The notes under the pieces were generated by a model. That model saw only the letters and a program-made list of their open reading frames with translations. It was not told where the DNA came from and made no database searches. From Carcharhinus amblyrhynchos (lineage: Eukaryota): a stretch of DNA of 64,000 nucleotides. The stretch is from NCBI GenBank assembly GCA_965287045.1, contig OZ336882.1, positions 19,840,001 through 19,904,000 of the forward strand, written 5' to 3'. A program made the translations under genes and the position numbers. Shown here piece after piece: positions 1 to 12,874 of the stretch (its first letter is position 1; every line of letters starts with the position of its first letter).

Positions 1-19
1 GTTGCAATCTTTCCTAACT

Positions 20-225
20 CCCACCTATCACTGACCTTCTACTCCACTCCTCCTTCTCCACCTTCTATTATACATTATGTAATCAATCATTACTCTCCCT
101 CACTTTAACTCTGAAGAAGAGTCATACAGACTCAAAACATTAACTCCATATCTCTCTCCACAGATGATGCCAGCCCTGCTGAGCTTTTCTGGCATTTTCT
201 GTTTTTATTCCAGCTTCAGATCAAA
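20..225 (+). mobile_element. Penelope-like element terminal fragment with degenerate hammerhead-like motif
   Basis: CTGAAGA-A-GAGTC-ATACA-GACTC-AAAAC at 111-138, followed by ctctctccacagatgatgccagccctgctgag...gcattttctgtttttatt; the same block recurs at 1742, 27465, 31104 and 37200. Confidence 0.65.
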
Positions 226-1741
226 TGATTTTTCCCTTGGAACAAGGACACTGGTCCCTGATTTAGTCATCCTCGCATCTGTTTTCACCTATTAAAAGGA
301 TGCAGTGAGATCCTATTTCCAATCAACAGCCTATGACTGTGAGTGACATAGATGGAAGTCAGTGATGAATAGTACTGGAGAATCAAAAACAAACAGAGGA
401 GTGGCACTAGACTAAGGTCATGTGCTTCCAGATTAGTTACCATCCACTGCAATAAGATAAGAAAAGGCTCCTGCTTTAAATTTTCAAACTGTGACCCAGA
501 TTTTCAATTTAACACTCAGGTATGTGCAGTATCTAATTATCGAAGAAGTGGCTCAGCAATGTCTGCTGGTAACTCCCTCTGTAAGATTCACCCTGTCTGA
601 ATATGCTGACACTCTTTTGACTTATACTATGTTAACCAATTACTCCCCATTAAATTTAAACTGATTTAAGCAGTAAAATGGTAGCCAGGAGAAGGCAGTG
701 GAGGCTAGTGTTATCATTGCTTACTGACATGTTTCTCGGAACAGGAAACAAAACCCACCTCATAACGCATGAAGCTGAATGCATTTATATCTTAATGCTT
801 TTGCCAATGGCTGTAACACAAAAGAGGTAATAAACAGTTGTGATTACTATGACTTGCTCTGAACACTGGAATTTCAGCTGCAATTCAAGTTGGGGCTGAA
901 TTATGGCAAATGCATTTGCAAAAGGATTTTACCCAATTTTGCGTTCAGGGTAACAACTTTTGACAGTTTCTCTTGATGGTGTTTTCTGTGGCTATTTGCC
1001 TCTCTAAGGAAACAATGTAAACTGTGGGGCAAGTCCATACAGCATAACTTGTTTATGATTAATTACACTGAATCTGATGGTCTAATTTACCTTTTTGTTT
1101 CAAGAGGTACTCATATGCTTATGTTATTTTAATCACCGCAGAGTAAACCTGACCTACACCGACGCACCAGTGATCTATCCTCTATGTAATGCTGCCATCA
1201 CTGGTGAGTGACTGGCATCTCAGCACTAGAAGAGGAACATAATAATGTTTCAACTGATTGCAGCTCTACAGTATAGTAAGCAGACAGGAGTCAGGAGCAT
1301 TAATGTACACCAAGACCAAAAACTCCCCTCAGAAATTGGTGAACAGGTGTTGAAAGTAGAACATATAAATTGAACCTTTGTGATATGATTTTATTTTTTC
1401 TTCACTTGGAATACAGCACTGTGTCAGTAATAAACATAGACTGTTCAGGCCTTTCATTTATCAGCACGCACACAAGATGCTTCAAATAAACTTTGACCAT
1501 GACCCATCAGAATCCCTTTATAAGAGAGCTGTTTGCCTCATGCCTTGTAGGTTTATGTGTCATCTTGACTTATATGAATACTTCACAGTTGCTACGTTTG
1601 ATTTGCTTTTCTCCTTGTTTCCATTTCTGTACCGACTAACAAAGGAAATCCTATTTCAGATTTCTCTATAGCAACATGAAGATTTCTAGGGTATTTGTCA
1701 TAAAGGTCACTAAAAAGGACAGTTTGGAGGTTTACATCAGC

Positions 1742-1876
1742 AAAATGCTGCGGATATTGGAAATCTGAAACTAAAACAAAACAGAAAAAGCTGTAAGTTG
1801 CTCAGCATAGGTCAGGCAGCATCTGTGGAGAGAAAAATTGGCCTGACGTTTCAGGCCAATGAGTTTTCATCAGACA
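1742..1876 (-). mobile_element. Penelope-like terminal fragment
   Basis: Reverse complement reads ctgatgaaaactcattggcctgaaacgtcag...ctctccacagatgctgcctgacc...ttcagatttccaatatccgcagcattttg. Confidence 0.6.
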
Positions 1877-2751
1877 TGTGAATCTGTTTTTGCAGCAGGT
1901 TTGAGGTTTATTTGTGATAGTATCCTGAAAACTGATGAGCAAATGCAACCATTTTTGAAAGAGGCCTTTTACATGTATTAATCCCACTTCCTTCAATTAG
2001 GGCACCAGTAATTCCTAGACAAAAGGCTTTCTCAGATATAGATAACAATAAATGCCATGTTTAATGTACCATAAACTTTTATGGCTTTTTAAAACATTTA
2101 CCCTGAGTTGTACTGAGGTTGAAACTAAGATAACAAACTTAGGGGAAAAAGAGGACAGAAATGAATTGATGTTATGGCACAGGTAAATACTTCAACAACA
2201 TTTTCTTTTCACCTGGAACAGGTATTTTTGTGGGGGAAACAAAGCACTCACCATTTTATAAATAATGCAAGTTTCCTGCAAGCTGTTTAGCACAACAAAC
2301 TCTGCCAAGTTGATCTCTCCAACTCTAATTGGATTAGCCCTAGATTGATTCTGTATTAAAGTTATGTCAATTTCCTAAACCCAAGGTGAATAAAAAGCTA
2401 ATCCTTCAGAGAAATCCTGTCAGAAGTCCTTCTTCCTTCCCTCTGTTGTCAGCTGATGCAGTGATAAGTGTATCTGTGATAAATTACCCCTAAGGCACTT
2501 GCAGCGACTTGTTCAGCAATCCACTGAGGAGAGAGAAAAAATTTTTTGGACAGTTTATTCAACTCTTAGTTCCTTCCTATCCTTGCCTCTTTTCGGAAGG
2601 CTGTGACCCATCATGTGTTGTTTCAACAGGCTGGTGGCAGGCTGAAACAATTTTAGAATTTAAGGCGGGTCATCACAACAGAGGTATATTCCAATTCAAA
2701 TGTTATTTAATTGAGTTTTTCGGTAATTGCTTGAGATGAAACTATCTCAGG

Positions 2752-3050
2752 TTTAAAGTTTATTTATTTTTGTCACAAGTAGTCTTACATTAGCACTGCA
2801 ATTAAGTTACTGTGAAAGTCCCCAAGTCGCCACACTCCAGCACCCGTTCGGGTACACTGAGGGAGAATTCAGCATGGCCAATGCACCTAACCAGCATGTC
2901 TTTTGGACTGTGGGAGGAAACCGGAGCACCTGGAGGAAACCCACGCAGAGTGGAAAAACACAGGGAGAACATGCAAACTCCGCACAGACAGTGACCCAAG
3001 CCTGGATTGGAACCTGTGTCCCTGGAGCTTTGAGGCAGCAGTGCTAATTC
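2752..3050 (-). mobile_element. tRNA-derived V-SINE/HE1-like SINE, tail type B
   Basis: B-box-like ggttccaatcc, shared core (gtgggtttcctcc..gtgctccggtttcctcccacagtcc), tail ...ttcacagtaactt..ttgcagtg..aatgtaag..tacttgtgac..aataaataaact. Confidence 0.9.
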
Positions 3051-3106
3051 CTATCAACATAATGCCACAATAAGAATTATATTTCTGGGTGGTTTGTAAT
3101 GGGTAT

Positions 3107-3110
3107 AATA

Positions 3111-3140
<30 letters not shown>
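3107..3140. repeat. (TA)n microsatellite
   Basis: Direct reading of the sequence. Confidence 0.9.
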
Positions 3141-3141
<1 letters not shown>

Positions 3142-4049
3142 CCCATAGCCCATATATATGTGTGTGTTTTTTTTGCTGTTTATTATTTTGTTGTCCCATT
3201 GTCTTTTCTAGGCTGCCCCCTTGCAGGGTCAGATCCCTCACTGTGTCTCCTCAAACCCTGCCAACTCTTTCCCTTGCTGACGGTAGCCCACTTACTTTAA
3301 ATGCGTTAACGTCGACATTATGATAAAGAGCGATTAGGCAATCTCGGTTTGAGTTCTTAGATTTTTAATTTTCCGCACATCAGCCGGTGTGGCGACAGAA
3401 AAAAAAACAAAAAAAAGACACACTTGCCACTGCTTTTGTTACAGCATGTTATAACTGAAATGTTGTTTTGTTTCAACACGTTGCTCTTAACAGTATGCAA
3501 CACTTCTTCTGCAGTTGAGCATCATTCTTATAGATGATGCTCTAAGTGCCGAGGGGACTTAAGTACTCAGAGGGCTAATGCGCCTGGAACACTTTATAAT
3601 TTTAAACAGATAAAATCTCGCTCTGCTTCTTCTTGACCTGACTCAGACTGTTGTCATAAAAAAAATTAAATCCTCTCACCATGTCTTATTAAATTTAAAT
3701 TGACAAATCATTGGGGAGAAGGGGAACGACAGTTTAGTTTCAGTAAGTATTCACTCTGATAGGTAAAATGTAAGTTTGATGGGCGATGCAGACAGAGATG
3801 GATGGTTGATGTCTGTAGCGCTGAGAAGCTTTCTAATTTTGATTAAAAGCAGCAATGTTTTTAATGGATATAATTTGCATATTTGGGGAAATGTTCTGGA
3901 GTGACTAGAATCCCCGTACAGCCAGGAATTATCTGCTAAACATCTCTCACACTAGTCACACTAGGACACTAGGACGCGTTATGGTAGGTAGTGATTAATT
4001 TAGTCAGAACCCGGGCAATAACTTAGATTTCAATTTAGACTTGTAGCAG

Positions 4050-4290
4050 TGGCCAGTGTGTGGCACAGTAGGTACCAATTATATTCATTTGCCTGTGGAA
4101 GCCGAGGCAAATCCAACCAATCCAACTTTCCTCCCACTAATGACCAGCGACCTTTGTGAAATTAGCTTAGGCATTTCTAAGCAATTTCCTAGTAACTGGA
4201 GGCCCAAAGTACTAAACTGGCTTTAATAGTCTCAAATTGGAACAAAAATTGACAATCTCCTTCAGGTCCCAATAGCCAGTGCATGAAGTG
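4050..4290 (+). mobile_element. Old LF-SINE-like relic
   Basis: tRNA-like start gtgtggcacagtagg and blocks ctttgtgaaattagcttagg, ttcctagt and aaaattgacaatctc resemble the recalled LF-SINE consensus; heavily diverged. Confidence 0.35.
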
Positions 4291-5784
4291 GTGAAGAAGA
4301 GATATGCTCACACGTGTAGCCAAACATAGTTACAGCGCCGACGGAAGCCATTTGGTCCATCGTTTCTGTGCCAGTTTTTGTATAAGTAATTCGAAACTCA
4401 TCCTAATACTGTTTCTTCGCCCCAGCCTTGCACTTTCTTTACTTAGAATGTTTCGGTACTGTTCCCTTACAGGACTCAACGATCCATGTCTCAGACGTCC
4501 CCTGTAGTAAGGCGCTTCATACTGTCTCCTAACCTCTCATTTGCACTTTACCTCAAATTTGAAAGTGCTTGATACAAATAATGTCGATGTCTGCAATGCG
4601 GAGGGGAAATATTTCATTTGCTGGCATTGATAACACTTAGCTTAATAAGTGCAACAATTTACAAGAGTTAACTGAGACGTGTTACACGTTTCTTCTCTGA
4701 ACGCACGGGTGAAATGCCTTCAAGAACCCTGTACGGGAAATGTTGGTGTGTCAACTCGCAACACCCCTTTCCACCAAAGCTCAAGCTGCCAATGTTCTGC
4801 ATCACTGCAGCACCCAACTGTGACCTTGCACCGTCTTGTTGCATCTTGCAAATGTGTTGTTGCAAATTTTGCAAACTAATATTTTCTGCAGCTCATGCCA
4901 ACTTGTTAACTGTTAAAGAGCATTGGCCTTGAAATTGCAGTGTGATTATTACCATATGAATACTCATTCATACAAGTGTATTTTCTGCGCTATCATAACA
5001 GGGATAGCACAATACAAAATCTCTGTTGGAGTAGTAGATAGAGAATATTAGACAACGTGTTCAGTATTCAATGCTTGAGCTGCACACAGTGCCATCACAA
5101 TGCTTGTATTCATCATTAGCTTAAGTATATTAGATATTGCAAAGGTTAACAGATTACCTGAACATGGTAGCGAAGTAATATTCTGATGGAAAAAGTAACG
5201 CGATTAAAGTTAAACTTCCATAGATATTGACTGCTGTCTGTTACAATTACTGCAATGAAATCTCTCCAAAGTGATGAATGTTGTTGGTAAAGTTTATTTC
5301 AAATTCGTGTTTTTTTTTGCCCGGGTGGATTACACATCGTATTGGCAACTTCAATAGAGCATGTTCCCAGCGCGTTAATGAGGTTCACACGGATTCCAAC
5401 TGAGGGTGATACAATTCCTGATTTTATCAAGGAATAACCTATAGGTGATTATCCGACAATTCATTATGCGGCGTATATCATGTAGATAAAAAAAATCAAA
5501 AGCAGGGAATAATTTTAAAGCGTGGATATTATTGAAGGGTTAACATGAGCTCGTAAAACCCAAGAGCCATTTCGGTGTTACTTTTTTTTAACTTGGACCG
5601 TGAGATCCTTATTGCGCTCAGAATTGTGCCCCATTAGACTGCCGTGCTGTTGAGGGCATCTCTTGGCAACCGGTATCATAATGGTCTTTATTGGCCAAGA
5701 TGTGCTTTTGTTAGTTCGTGCTCACTGAAGGATTAATGATTACAATGTAATCATTGCCCGTTTGTTGATAATCTCGCAGTTGGT

Positions 5785-5922
5785 TTACTGCAACGTTATA
5801 TTCTGCACCCTCTCCTTTCCTTCTCCCCTGTGTGAGCGGTATGTTTTGTCTGTATAGCGCTGCGAGAAACAATACTTCCCACTGCATCCAAATACATGTG
5901 ACAATAATAAATCAAATCAAAT
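5785..5922 (+). mobile_element. Rex1/Babar-type LINE 3' end
   Basis: 3' UTR ...atacatgtgacaataataaatcaaatcaaatc is shared with longer copies that carry Rex1-type RT C-terminal coding sequence. Confidence 0.8.
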
Positions 5923-6409
5923 CGGAAGTACAGACAATAATGAACGCCAGGGGCTGGTAAAAAAAGGGGATACTTCTGCTGAGAAGTTCAAGTGACACTT
6001 TGACCTGGGAGAGAAAATGTAGTTAGTTGTCAGCTGGGCCCCCGAATGAAATGACGACTTTGCAATTACTCCAGAATGCCACATATTATTACATACTATG
6101 ATGTTGATAAGATTGTTCTATTTTGTTTGGCTTTAGTTCTGTCAATAGTGAGCATCCTGGCATTATACCAGTGACCTCCAGGTGATACCTGATGATGGCC
6201 AGTGCAACAATAATACAATTGCTGTAAATTTATCATCCCTCTGTCAAATCCAATGAATGTTTTCAAGTTGATAATTTAATTTTGAGACTGTGACGAGTGA
6301 GAATTATACAGGTGCTCAGAATTCACCTCTTATGGCTTTCTGGATCAACTGACCCATTGGTTAAATCAATGTTTTGTTACCACACCCAAATACTTCTTAT
6401 CACCCTCGT

Positions 6410-6712
6410 GGGTGGCACGTTGGCACAATGGTTGGCAGTGCTGCCTCGCAGTGTTAGGGACCTGGGTTCGATTCCCAGCTTGGATGACTGTGTGCATGCT
6501 CTGCCTATATGATTGGGGGTTCCCTCCTAGTGCTCTAGTTTCCTCCCACTGTTCGAAAGACTGTTTCAGTTCTGGAAAGTTGGCTAGGTGCATTGGCCAT
6601 GCTAAATTCTCCCTCAGTGTACCCAAACAGGCGCTGGAGTGTGGCGACTAGGGGATTGTCATAGTAACTTCATTGCAGTGTTAATGTTAATCTGTGACAC
6701 CTAATAAATAAA
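6410..6712 (+). mobile_element. V-SINE/HE1-like SINE, tail type B
   Basis: A-box tggcacaatgg, B-box ggttcgattcc, shared core and tail B. Confidence 0.9.
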
Positions 6713-8242
6713 TTATTCATTATAATTTTAAATAGCCGATTGCTATTTTTACTGCAATTAGGTGGAGATAGGTACAAAAGGGTGGGTTGGGATTTGCTCG
6801 CATCTTTTTCTTTCAGATGCTTTTGGTCTTGGAATAAGGAATGATCTCTCAGTGTGTGGTCCGTATGAATGACCTCCAAGCTCATACATTTTTGGCCACC
6901 GGTCAATCTCCCCCACCGGAAAAAATGGATTACGTGATGAACAATAATATTTTCATAGGAATGGTCGGTATAGCTCCTATCTCTCAGGTTAGGGGGAATT
7001 GAATTATAGGACAAGTGTTACTTTAAAATACGATCGGTATTATTGGTAGGGAAGTAACGGAATGGAGAAAAGAGAATGTAATGTAAGTTTAATTGCTGAT
7101 AGATTTTACTTCAACTCTCTATATAACAACAGATTAGAAACTAATCTTTTCTGACATGGCAAGAATGCACCGTGTGGTCTAAACCAGCGTGTCTGTTTAA
7201 AGCTGTCAGTTCCCGACACAGAATTTGCTGTTGGTGCGTAAGTGGGAGCAAAAGTTGTCTGTTTTTGGAACATTGGTTTACACCCGTGCTTCTCCAGAGT
7301 GGTGAGGTGGCCAACCTTTCGTGTGCCACCATTAAGACGCAGCAAGTTTCGTCTGAGCTCTTCCCCGCGGCTGAGGGCGGAGGGCGGGGGGGTGGGGGGA
7401 GTCCAAAATCACCCGGCCAGGAACACAAATTAATCTGTGCGTACTGACTGGTGGAGATCCAGCAAGAGGTCTCCAGCCCACCTTGGGGAATATGTGCGCT
7501 GATAATCCATGGAATGGAGAAAATAACAGTTATTCCAATGGCTGGGAGATGTTATTTTCGCATTGGGCTCCATTCTGAGACAATGTGCTCTTGTGAGCTC
7601 CCAAATGATCTAAATTATACTGCAGCTATTGGGAATTCTTGAATGGATGGGGTATGGGGTGGGGGGCAGAGGAGGAGGAAGATGAATGTGACTGCCCTGA
7701 TTCTGCATCCCTTCCATCTATCGCAATTGGGGAAGTTTCCACATCTTTCAAAACAGATGTTGCGGGGGGAACTTTTTTTTTGTTTATGGGATGCAGGGGT
7801 TTGCCCCGAACTCCGGGTCAAAGGAACTCGGGAGGAGATACAGTTTTGGAGGCACTCGAGGCTGGAAGTTTACTGTAAGTGACACAAACCTGGGAGTTTA
7901 GTTAACTGTAAAACAAAAAGGACCTTTGGGAAGAGAGAGGGGACGATTGTAAGTACAGCGAACAGCTCTCCTGTCAACAGTGGAGTAGAACCAGACCGAG
8001 CCTAGATATTCCACAAAGATACAAAGACTGAAGCTTTAGCTCCCGGCATCTCTCACCAAAAAAATGTTTCTCCTTCACACGTCAGATGCTAATTAGCAAA
8101 TATCTAATTAGGAATAGAAGATTAATCGCTCCTGGGAGCAGTTGAGCCTTTGAGCTCTGGTGGCTATGTGTGTGTGTGTGTGAGAGAGAAAGGAGTGAGA
8201 GAAAGAGACATTCAGTGACACAAGAGCATCGTTGTCAGAAGG

Positions 8243-8268
8243 CACACACACACACACACACACACACA
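8243..8268. repeat. (CA)n microsatellite; an opposing (TG)n lies at 8167-8182
   Basis: Direct reading of the sequence. Confidence 0.95.
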
Positions 8269-9027
8269 CCCATCTCTATCTCCCTCACTCACTCCGGGTC
8301 GATGCAATATGTTGAGTTCGTATCATTGTTAGACGGCGCTTTAGATTGATTTGGTGGCGGCGGAGAGAGACTCTTGGAGGTGGTGGCTGGAGGGGGGGGG
8401 AAGTGGTGGTGAGCAGCAGATCAAACGTTGCTGTACTTTGCCCTGTCTGGGCAGCTCTGTGTGTGTGTGAGAGGGAGAGAGAGGGTGAGAGGGAGCTGCA
8501 TGGGGCCACAAGCTGCTTGCAAGTGTCTGCTTGTGACTGGGGCGACATTAGCAGAGAGGAGCTCGGTGGTGCTGGGGGGTGGAGGAGGGGGGACATCTGC
8601 TATTTACACCTGTCTGGCTCGCAGCCATCAGTTGTCATGGAGTCACCAGTGTAGACATCAGCGGCTGCAGCTTTCTGACAGAGAGCAGAGCTTTAATCCA
8701 GCCCGGAGAACTGCGCTGTTATTCTCATCTATTTCCCAAGTTATCCCAAACCCTCGGACTTATTTATTTTTCCCCCTGCAGTGTTGATACTTATTTCTGC
8801 TCTCAGACCCTCCCTCCTATTCCACCAGATAAAAGGGATGCCGAGGCAGGGCTAACCAGCTCGCTGCTTTGACGTTTGGCTCCCTCCACTATATTTTTGT
8901 TTGAAGCTCTGACATTCGCTTTTTTCTTTTCTTTCTCCCCCTCTCTCTATTTTTCCCCCCTTTTCTTTTCTCCGGTTTTGCTAGAAGGAAGTGTCCGAGT
9001 TGGAGGCTCCTAAAGCCGGCTCCGGTC

Positions 9028-9080
9028 ATGTCCCAGGCTCCGCTAAACTCCACGATCGCGCTGCCTTGTATCCGGGGAAG
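9028..9080 (+). CDS. Candidate first coding exon or uORF, MSQAPLNSTIALPCIRG, phase-2 donor
   Basis: gtcATG has a purine at -3; the frame is open to AAG|GTAAGG, a consensus donor; lies in the CpG-rich region; product not recognised. Confidence 0.45.
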
Positions 9081-9094
9081 GTAAGGGTGGGAGA

Positions 9095-9825
9095 ATCTGT
9101 CTCAACCAACCCCTTCCTCGTCCACTCTGCCAGCTTCTGCCCTTCCCTCCACCCGCCTCTCTCTCTCTCATTCCGTTCCTTCTCTCTTCCATCTCCGTCC
9201 CTGCTCCTTTCCTTTCATTCCTTCCCCCTCTCCCTCTCTCATTTCCCCCTCTTGTCTTCTCGATAATTTCATTCTATCCCTCCCTCTTTCATTCATTCTC
9301 TTCTTCCCTTCCTTTTTTAATTTCTTCCCTCCTTCATTCCTTCCCCTCTCTCTCTCACTCGTTCCTCCCCCCTTTCTTTCATTCCATTCCTTCTCTCTCT
9401 CTCACACACACTTCTTTCCTTCCATCCCCTTTCTATTTTATTTAATTCATTCCCTCTCTCTCATTTCTTTCCTCCCTCCCTCTCTCGTTCCTTCCCTCTC
9501 CCTCTCCTTTCCTCCCTCCCTCTCTCACTCCTTTCCTCTCTCTCCTTCCCCCTCCCTCCTTCTCCGCTCCCTCCACTTCCCTCCTTTTCCTTCCTTCTCT
9601 CCCTCTCTCTCTTCCCTCTCTCTCTCTCACTCCTTTCCCCTCTCTCCCTCTCCCTCTCTCTCACACCTTTGCTCCCTCTCTCACTCCGTCCCACCTCCCT
9701 TTTTCTTTTTCATTTCCTTTCTTCCCTCTCTCTCTCGCAAACCCCTCCTCCCTCCCTCCCTCCCTCCTCCTCCACTCCCCCCCCCCCCCCCAAATCTCTT
9801 TCTTTCTCTCTCTGTCCATCTCCAG
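9095..9825 (+). repeat. About 730-bp polypyrimidine (CT-rich) low-complexity tract
   Basis: Almost exclusively C and T on the + strand. Confidence 0.95.
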
Positions 9826-10077
9826 TTTAGAAGAGTCAGGTCAGGAGGCCGGACTGGTATCGAACCCGCGGCAGGCACTGTCTCTGCTTGCTGGCAGTGG
9901 TGCAGGCAGGGGAGGGGGGTACTGGCTGGGGATTTACCGGCGAGAGCTGGCAGTGCGTGTGTGTGTGTGTGTGTGTGTGGCCGCTCTCCTCCATCACCCC
10001 CACCACCATCATCTTCGTTCTCCTAGCGGCCGGAGGGTGAGGCCAGCCCAGTGGGGGGGAATCTGCAAGCCCCGGAC

Positions 10078-10126
10078 ATGCTACTCGCCAACGCCGCCAA
10101 GCCCAAGAAGTTCCCGGCGGAGACAG
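10078..10126 (+). CDS. Candidate alternative first exon (MLLANAAKPKKFPAET), or the 3' part of an internal exon 10027-10126
   Basis: gacATG, GC3-rich codons and CAG|GTAGGT donor; possible acceptor ttcgttctcctag at 10026; product not recognised. Confidence 0.45.
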
Positions 10127-12874
10127 GTAGGTGCGAGCTTTTTAGCAATCTCATCCCTCAAGCCCATATGAAGCATTCGTCAAAATGTCCCGGCCATCCA
10201 TCCATCCATCCACCGACACGGGGGCGAACTGTGCAGGTTGTTCAAATATTCCAGCTCACTTTAAAATATAAAAGAAATATTATTAATTCTAGGAGCCGTG
10301 CTGTGAGTTTAACAAGGCTCCCCATCTCATTGCATGGTCGTGTCAGGTAGATTGAAAGGGCGGCGGGGGGGTGGGGGGGAGCTGGAGAAGGTTGAGAGAC
10401 AGCTCCCCCCCCCCCCCACTTCCTCCTGTCAAAAAAGTTGAATAAGAAACTCTCCTTTCGGATCGTGTGTGCCGTCTTCATATTTTGTTCTTTCAGTCGA
10501 AAGCTGGGTGTTTGTCTGTATTCCAGTTCCGGACTATATGGAAGGGAGGCTACATGGACTTTAGTGTTCAGGCAGTATCCTTTAACTCTTCCGTTCCATT
10601 CCTTTTAAATCCTTCAGCAGTTTATTCACCAACAACAGAGCGAGTGCCGCCTTTGCAATGTGTTAATGCCCCGTCCTCCTTCCTAGCGGGTACGTTCCAG
10701 TGTGACATACTGTTGGGATGGCATCAGGCAATTTGTGTGTGTGTGTTTTTTTGGACCGCGTTTTCTCTGCAAGCTGCAAGCTCTGTTGACAATTCTGATG
10801 CGTTGTTCGCAGTTGTTGATGTCTTTGCTTTCTATCCAGAGCCGGCGTTCAGTGTCCAATCTCAAATATGCAGGGTTTGATTTTTCCAGTCGCCTGGCAA
10901 GTTGGAATAAGGATCGACTCATTAACTAACTGCCTTTCCTTACAAATCAAAAATAAATTCGCTTCAGGCAGACACAGCGACCTTTAGGTGTGAGGCAGGA
11001 ATTCTGTTACTTTTGTCAGGAAGTGATGAGTCTAAACCATGTTAAAAACAAAACCTCCCAACCAGCATATCATTCTTCAATTAGTTTAAATGATTAAGAG
11101 ACGGAGGCCTTCCGCTGGACTCACTGGCTTCACTGTTCTGTTCAATGCCTCTCATGTCAGTTTAGAAGTCCCTGTTTCACCAAACTTGTTGCAGTCAAAT
11201 TATTCACTCACAATTCAATTTGGACAAATGAATCTAATACCACTGGAAATAAATGAGAGGAAGTTAGTTTCTCCCATTTGACTCTCAAACCACTGAACAT
11301 TACATCTCCTTGGCAACCTTGAAACTATTGTCCCCAATGCGATCGGCTGTTGGGGCCAATATGTCACAATGCCCAAGATTTTGTGGTATAACTGAGGGAG
11401 CAAGGGCATCCTTTGGGAATGAGGTTTACAGTGTCCTCCGTCCTTGCAAAACTTAGAAGGAATTTACTTTTTTAAGAAAAATGTTTTGTTTATGACAATT
11501 CTGACTAAGCTCCCAAGTCTCTCTTCGCTCATGCAAGCAATAGAAATTCAATCCTCAGTGGTGTTATGATGAGCATCTCATGTTTGATGACAAGAGATTT
11601 ACTTATCAACTGAAATTGCAGTGTTACAGTATTGGTTGATTGTGAACAGATCAAAAGTGATAGTGTGTTGCATTCTTGCAAAGGAGTGGAGGAAACATCA
11701 TTATCTAGAGTCATAAAGAGTGAAGAAAATCTCTTATACTGACACCATGATTATTCTGATCTGTTTTTATTCAAAAATGTCTAGAATGTATTTTTAAGCT
11801 TATTCTTAACTGAAGATATGAATAAATTAGCAAGGGTATGTCTCAAAGGTGACATTCAAATTAACTTTTCCATGTTAAGCTAAACAGGCTGCGGTTTCCA
11901 AACAAATTAATCTTAATGATTAAAACCACAAATTCTAATTATAATGCTGATAGTGATACTGCTTATAACTTCTAATTATATGGTGAGACAGTTCAGAATA
12001 TAAATAAATTCTTGACAAAAAATCTCCATTGTGTCCTTAACCACAACCAGCTCAAAGGAGAAATGTATATTTTTTCCCCTATGTAAAAGGGGCCTGGCTG
12101 ATTGACAATTTACCTGCAGTTGCATTCATACATTTGCCTTTTGACATTGCAGAATCAAACAGTAGTGCAGGAAGTGACAGATAAATCAGATTTTTTTTTC
12201 TCTCGCTATAGTGCTTACCATGAAATGCTGGTTAAAGGTTCCGCTAACAAATAGTTGCAGATGCAAATGTTGGTAAATTGTGTTGTTTTTAAGAGAGGGA
12301 AGGGGAAAAGAAATAACAAGCGTTTGGATCAGTCTTGTCACAGTTTAGCTTTTCTTCCACTTTTCTCATTCCCAAAATGAAGTTTATTTTTCACTCTTAG
12401 CGGTCTGTACAGGCAGTAAAATTCATTTTATGATCCATTGGTTTCTATCTCTTTCAGTGTATCTAAAGTCTTGGCAGCTCATTCTCAGGTGGATGCAACA
12501 AATTTTTATATAATTTTACTTCTCAGCATTCTCGCAGCTTTGTGTCCTGATTTGTCCTCCTTCCCCTATTGCCGATAAATTAGGTGTCTTTAATGCTCGT
12601 GCACAAATGCTTAATATGCTTGCAACAAATTTGCCCACTATTTTAGCAACAGCATTAATGGATTTAAAATAAATGTGTTGTAATATTGCTTACTTGCATA
12701 CCAATTTTCAGGGAGATTAAATTGCATGACATGCATGTTTTTCAACATGCATGCATCTTGGTCTCTACATCTTTCAGGCTTTTACTTCCACTCTCTCAAG
12801 CTTTGTTTCTTGTTTATCCACCTCTATACTCCACACATAATTCCCATATCACTCTGACACTGCAGGCTTATGGT

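Larger units (their letters stand above)
7300..10500 (+). promoter_or_regulatory. GC/CpG-enriched promoter and first-exon region of a large + strand gene
   Basis: Raised GC and CpG content, GC boxes/G-runs at 7375-7400, TAATTA and CAGATG motifs at 8083-8112, (TG)n/(CA)n/(GA)n runs, no interspersed repeats, and strong donors at 9081 and 10127. Confidence 0.7.

Noticed and set aside
9442-9878. Arg/Glu/Gly-rich minus-strand ORFs
   Set aside because: Artefacts of the CT-rich tract
11560-11760. C/D box snoRNA (ATGATGA ... CTGA)
   Set aside because: The boxes are short and common; no terminal stem or recognisable guide sequence
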